Below are positions 37,313 through 39,615 of a stretch of 39,615 nt of DNA, one piece after another (within the stretch, counting starts at the first letter, position 1; every line of letters begins with the position of its first letter). A program made the position numbers and the translations under genes. The notes beneath the pieces are model-generated. The model worked only from the letters and a program-made list of their open reading frames with translations. It searched no databases and was not told the DNA's origin. Origin of the DNA: Microbacterium sp. (GTDB taxonomy: Bacteria; Actinomycetota; Actinomycetes; Actinomycetales; Microbacteriaceae); assembly GCA_035564095.1 (NCBI GenBank), contig DATMTQ010000125.1, positions 1-39,615 of the forward strand. Direction: 5' to 3'.

Positions 37313-38836
37313 ATGAGCCCACTTCCCGGGGAGAGAGAGCTTGCCAACGCTCTGCCCCACACCACCGCCACCCAGGTGCCGCTGCGCCGGCTGCAGCGCT
37401 CCATGGACGCCCGGCACCTGATCATGATCGCCCTCGGCGGCGTCATCGGATCCGGCCTGTTCCTCAGCTCCGGCTACACGATCAGCCAGGCGGGCCCGCT
37501 GGGCGCGATCATCGCGTACCTCATCGGCGCGCTCGTCGTCTATCTCGTCATGGCGTGCCTCGGGGAGCTGGCGACCGCGTACCCGGTCTCGGGAGCGTTC
37601 CACATCTACGCCGCCCGCTCGATCGGCCCCGCGACCGGCTTCACCACCGCCTGGCTGTACTGGCTGTGCTGGGTGGTCGCGCTCGGCTCCGAGTTCACGG
37701 CCGCCGGAATCCTCATGCAGCGCTGGTTCCCCGGGGTCGCCGTATGGGTCTGGTGTCTGGTGTTCGCCGTCGTGCTGTTCACGATCAACGCCATCTCCGC
37801 GCGCGTGTTCGGTGAGACCGAGTTCTGGTTCTCCCTCGTGAAGGTGGTCGCGATCGTCGCCCTGATCGTGCTCGGAGGCGCCGCCATCTTCGGGTTCACG
37901 CCGCTGTCCGGCGCGCACCCCGCCGCGGTTCTGTTCAGCAACTTCGAGACGCCCAAGGGACTGTTCCCCAACGGGTTCGGCGGAGTCCTGATGACGTCGC
38001 TCGCCGTGTTCTACGCCTTCAGCGGCTCCGAGCTCATCGGGGTCGCCGCCGGCGAGACCAAGGACCCGGGCCGGAACATCCCGCGCGCGCTGAGGTCCAC
38101 GGTGCTGCGCCTGCTCGTCCTGTTCGTCGGATCGATCACGGTGATCGCCGCCATCCTGCCGTACACCAAGGCGAGTGTGACGACCAGTCCGTTCGTGGAC
38201 GTCCTGCAGTACGTCGGCGTGCCGTTCGCCCCCGACATCATGAACTTCGTCATCATCACGGCTCTGCTCTCGGCCGGCAACAGCGGACTGTTCTCCTGCG
38301 CCCGGATGCTGTTCTCGCTCGCGGAGGAGGGCCACGCGCCGAAGTCGCTGATGCGCCTGACCAAGCGCGGCATCCCGATCGTCGCGCTCAGCGTGAGCAT
38401 GGTGCTCGGCCTCGTCTCGCTGCTCTCCAGCGTGATCGCGGCGCAGACCGTCTACCTCGCACTCGTGTCGATCTCCGGCTTCGCCGTCGTGGCCGTGTGG
38501 ATGTCGATCGTGGCGGCCCAGTTCTTCCACCGCCGCAAGTTCCTGCGTGAGGGTGGCGACCTCACCGTCCTGCCGTACCGCACCCCGCTGTTCCCGCTGG
38601 TGCCGATCGCCGCGTTCGTGCTGCTGCTCGTCTCCGTGGTCGCCATCGCCTTCGACCCGAACCAGATCGCCGCGCTCTACTTCGGGCTGCCGTTCGTCGC
38701 CCTCTGCTACCTGTACTTCTGGTGGCGGTTCGGACGCCGGGGCGCGAAGAAGCCGACCGTCACGTCGGAGGAGGCCCCTGTCAGCCTCGTCGACGACCCC
38801 GCCGTCGAAGAGCCGATGGCCGATCTGGATCGGTAG
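37313..38836 (+). CDS. mmuP: APC/AAT amino-acid permease, MmuP (S-methylmethionine permease)-like
   Basis: [17 protein letters not shown]; segments [59 protein letters not shown] match E. coli MmuP as recalled better than RocE. Substrate unproven. Confidence 0.8.
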   Translation: MSPLPGERELANALPHTTATQVPLRRLQRSMDARHLIMIALGGVIGSGLFLSSGYTISQAGPLGAIIAYLIGALVVYLVMACLGELATAYPVSGAFHIYAARSIGPATGFTTAWLYWLCWVVALGSEFTAAGILMQRWFPGVAVWVWCLVFAVVLFTINAISARVFGETEFWFSLVKVVAIVALIVLGGAAIFGFTPLSGAHPAAVLFSNFETPKGLFPNGFGGVLMTSLAVFYAFSGSELIGVAAGETKDPGRNIPRALRSTVLRLLVLFVGSITVIAAILPYTKASVTTSPFVDVLQYVGVPFAPDIMNFVIITALLSAGNSGLFSCARMLFSLAEEGHAPKSLMRLTKRGIPIVALSVSMVLGLVSLLSSVIAAQTVYLALVSISGFAVVAVWMSIVAAQFFHRRKFLREGGDLTVLPYRTPLFPLVPIAAFVLLLVSVVAIAFDPNQIAALYFGLPFVALCYLYFWWRFGRRGAKKPTVTSEEAPVSLVDDPAVEEPMADLDR

Positions 38837-38894
38837 GCTGGCCCGACCCGGACCCGAACGATCCACCGGATCGCGGCCGCGAAGAGGAGGAAGG

Positions 38895-39615
38895 ATGTCC
38901 ACGCCCTCGTCGCTGTCGCAGGGGCTGGCCCTTCTCGGGGCGGCCGTCGAGCGCGAGCGCTCGGGCCGGGTCGGGCACAACGCCTCCCGTCTCGCGGACG
39001 CGACCGGCATCGAGCGCAGCCGGGTCTCCCGGCTCACGCAGGAGCTGCGGGCGCTCGGCTACCTGGAGCGCGACGAGGCGGCCGTGCTGAGCGCGGGCGA
39101 CGCGTACTTCCGCACCGCGGCGGCGCTCGACGAGCCGTGGCTGCGCGCGTCCCGCCGCGAACTGCGGATGCTCGCCTCGCGACTGCGCATGAGCGCGCTC
39201 ATCACGGCCGCAGCCGGCGCGGGCGCGCTCCTGCTGCGGTACGAGACGGGGGTGGGGGCGGTGGATGCCGCGGTCCGTCCCGGCATGATCACGCCGATCT
39301 GGTGCACCGGATCGGGACGTGCGCTCCTCTGGGAGCACACCCGGACGCAGCTCGACGACGTGTTGCGGGACGTGCAGTTCGTGGGCGTGGGCGGACCGGC
39401 CGCGGCGCGCTCGGTCGCCGGGGTCGCCGCGCTGCTGGAGCGGGATCGCGCGGCCGGGGTGATCACCGCAGACGACGAGTATGCCGAGGGCATCACGGAG
39501 TACGCGCTCCCGATCCATGGACCCGCGGGGATCATCGCGGCGATCGCGGTGATCGGCCCGTCGCGGGGGACCGCCCGGGCCCGCTCGGTCCCCGCGCTGC
39601 TGCACGACGTCCGGG
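38895..39615 (+). CDS. IclR family regulator (3' truncated by the window edge)
   Basis: Manual translation: MSTPSSLSQGLALL...LADATGIERSRVSRLTQELRALGYLERD...PIWCTGSGRALL...DEYAEGITEYALPI; GAGGAGGAAGG upstream. Confidence 0.88.
   Translation, partial: MSTPSSLSQGLALLGAAVERERSGRVGHNASRLADATGIERSRVSRLTQELRALGYLERDEAAVLSAGDAYFRTAAALDEPWLRASRRELRMLASRLRMSALITAAAGAGALLLRYETGVGAVDAAVRPGMITPIWCTGSGRALLWEHTRTQLDDVLRDVQFVGVGGPAAARSVAGVAALLERDRAAGVITADDEYAEGITEYALPIHGPAGIIAAIAVIGPSRGTARARSVPALLHDVR

Overview
High-GC actinobacterial chromosome segment, most likely Microbacteriaceae (Microbacterium-like; inferred from gene content and style, not proven). About 36 real CDSs; most long ORFs in the supplied track are antisense or frame shadows. 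Left to right: Eis-family acetyltransferase whose 3' end runs into a 37-bp copy of its own middle; secreted low-complexity protein; DnaA-box cluster directly upstream of dnaB; flavin monooxygenase + TetR with a perfect operator palindrome; small redox/stress genes; LysR-MFS pair; two secreted S53 peptidases (one without a prodomain); SDR-kinase-acyl-CoA dehydrogenase operon resembling LvaDAC/ACAD10-11; CitAB-type two-component system facing an orphan, motif-altered TctC followed by a polar amino-acid ABC importer; cNMP-TrxB-like fusion lacking CxxC; and a catabolic-looking cluster (PLP gamma-lyase, Lrp, aldehyde dehydrogenase, ACT-less homoserine dehydrogenase, MmuP-like permease). Best novelty candidates: (1) that cluster as an S-methylmethionine- or canavanine-to-homoserine-to-aspartate pathway; (2) window-wide over-representation of the heptamer GGATGCC/GGCATCC written into coding sequence through synonymous codons; (3) the DnaA-box array at dnaB. 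No rRNA, tRNA, CRISPR array or transposase was seen. All calls are by eye from motifs; no searches were run.
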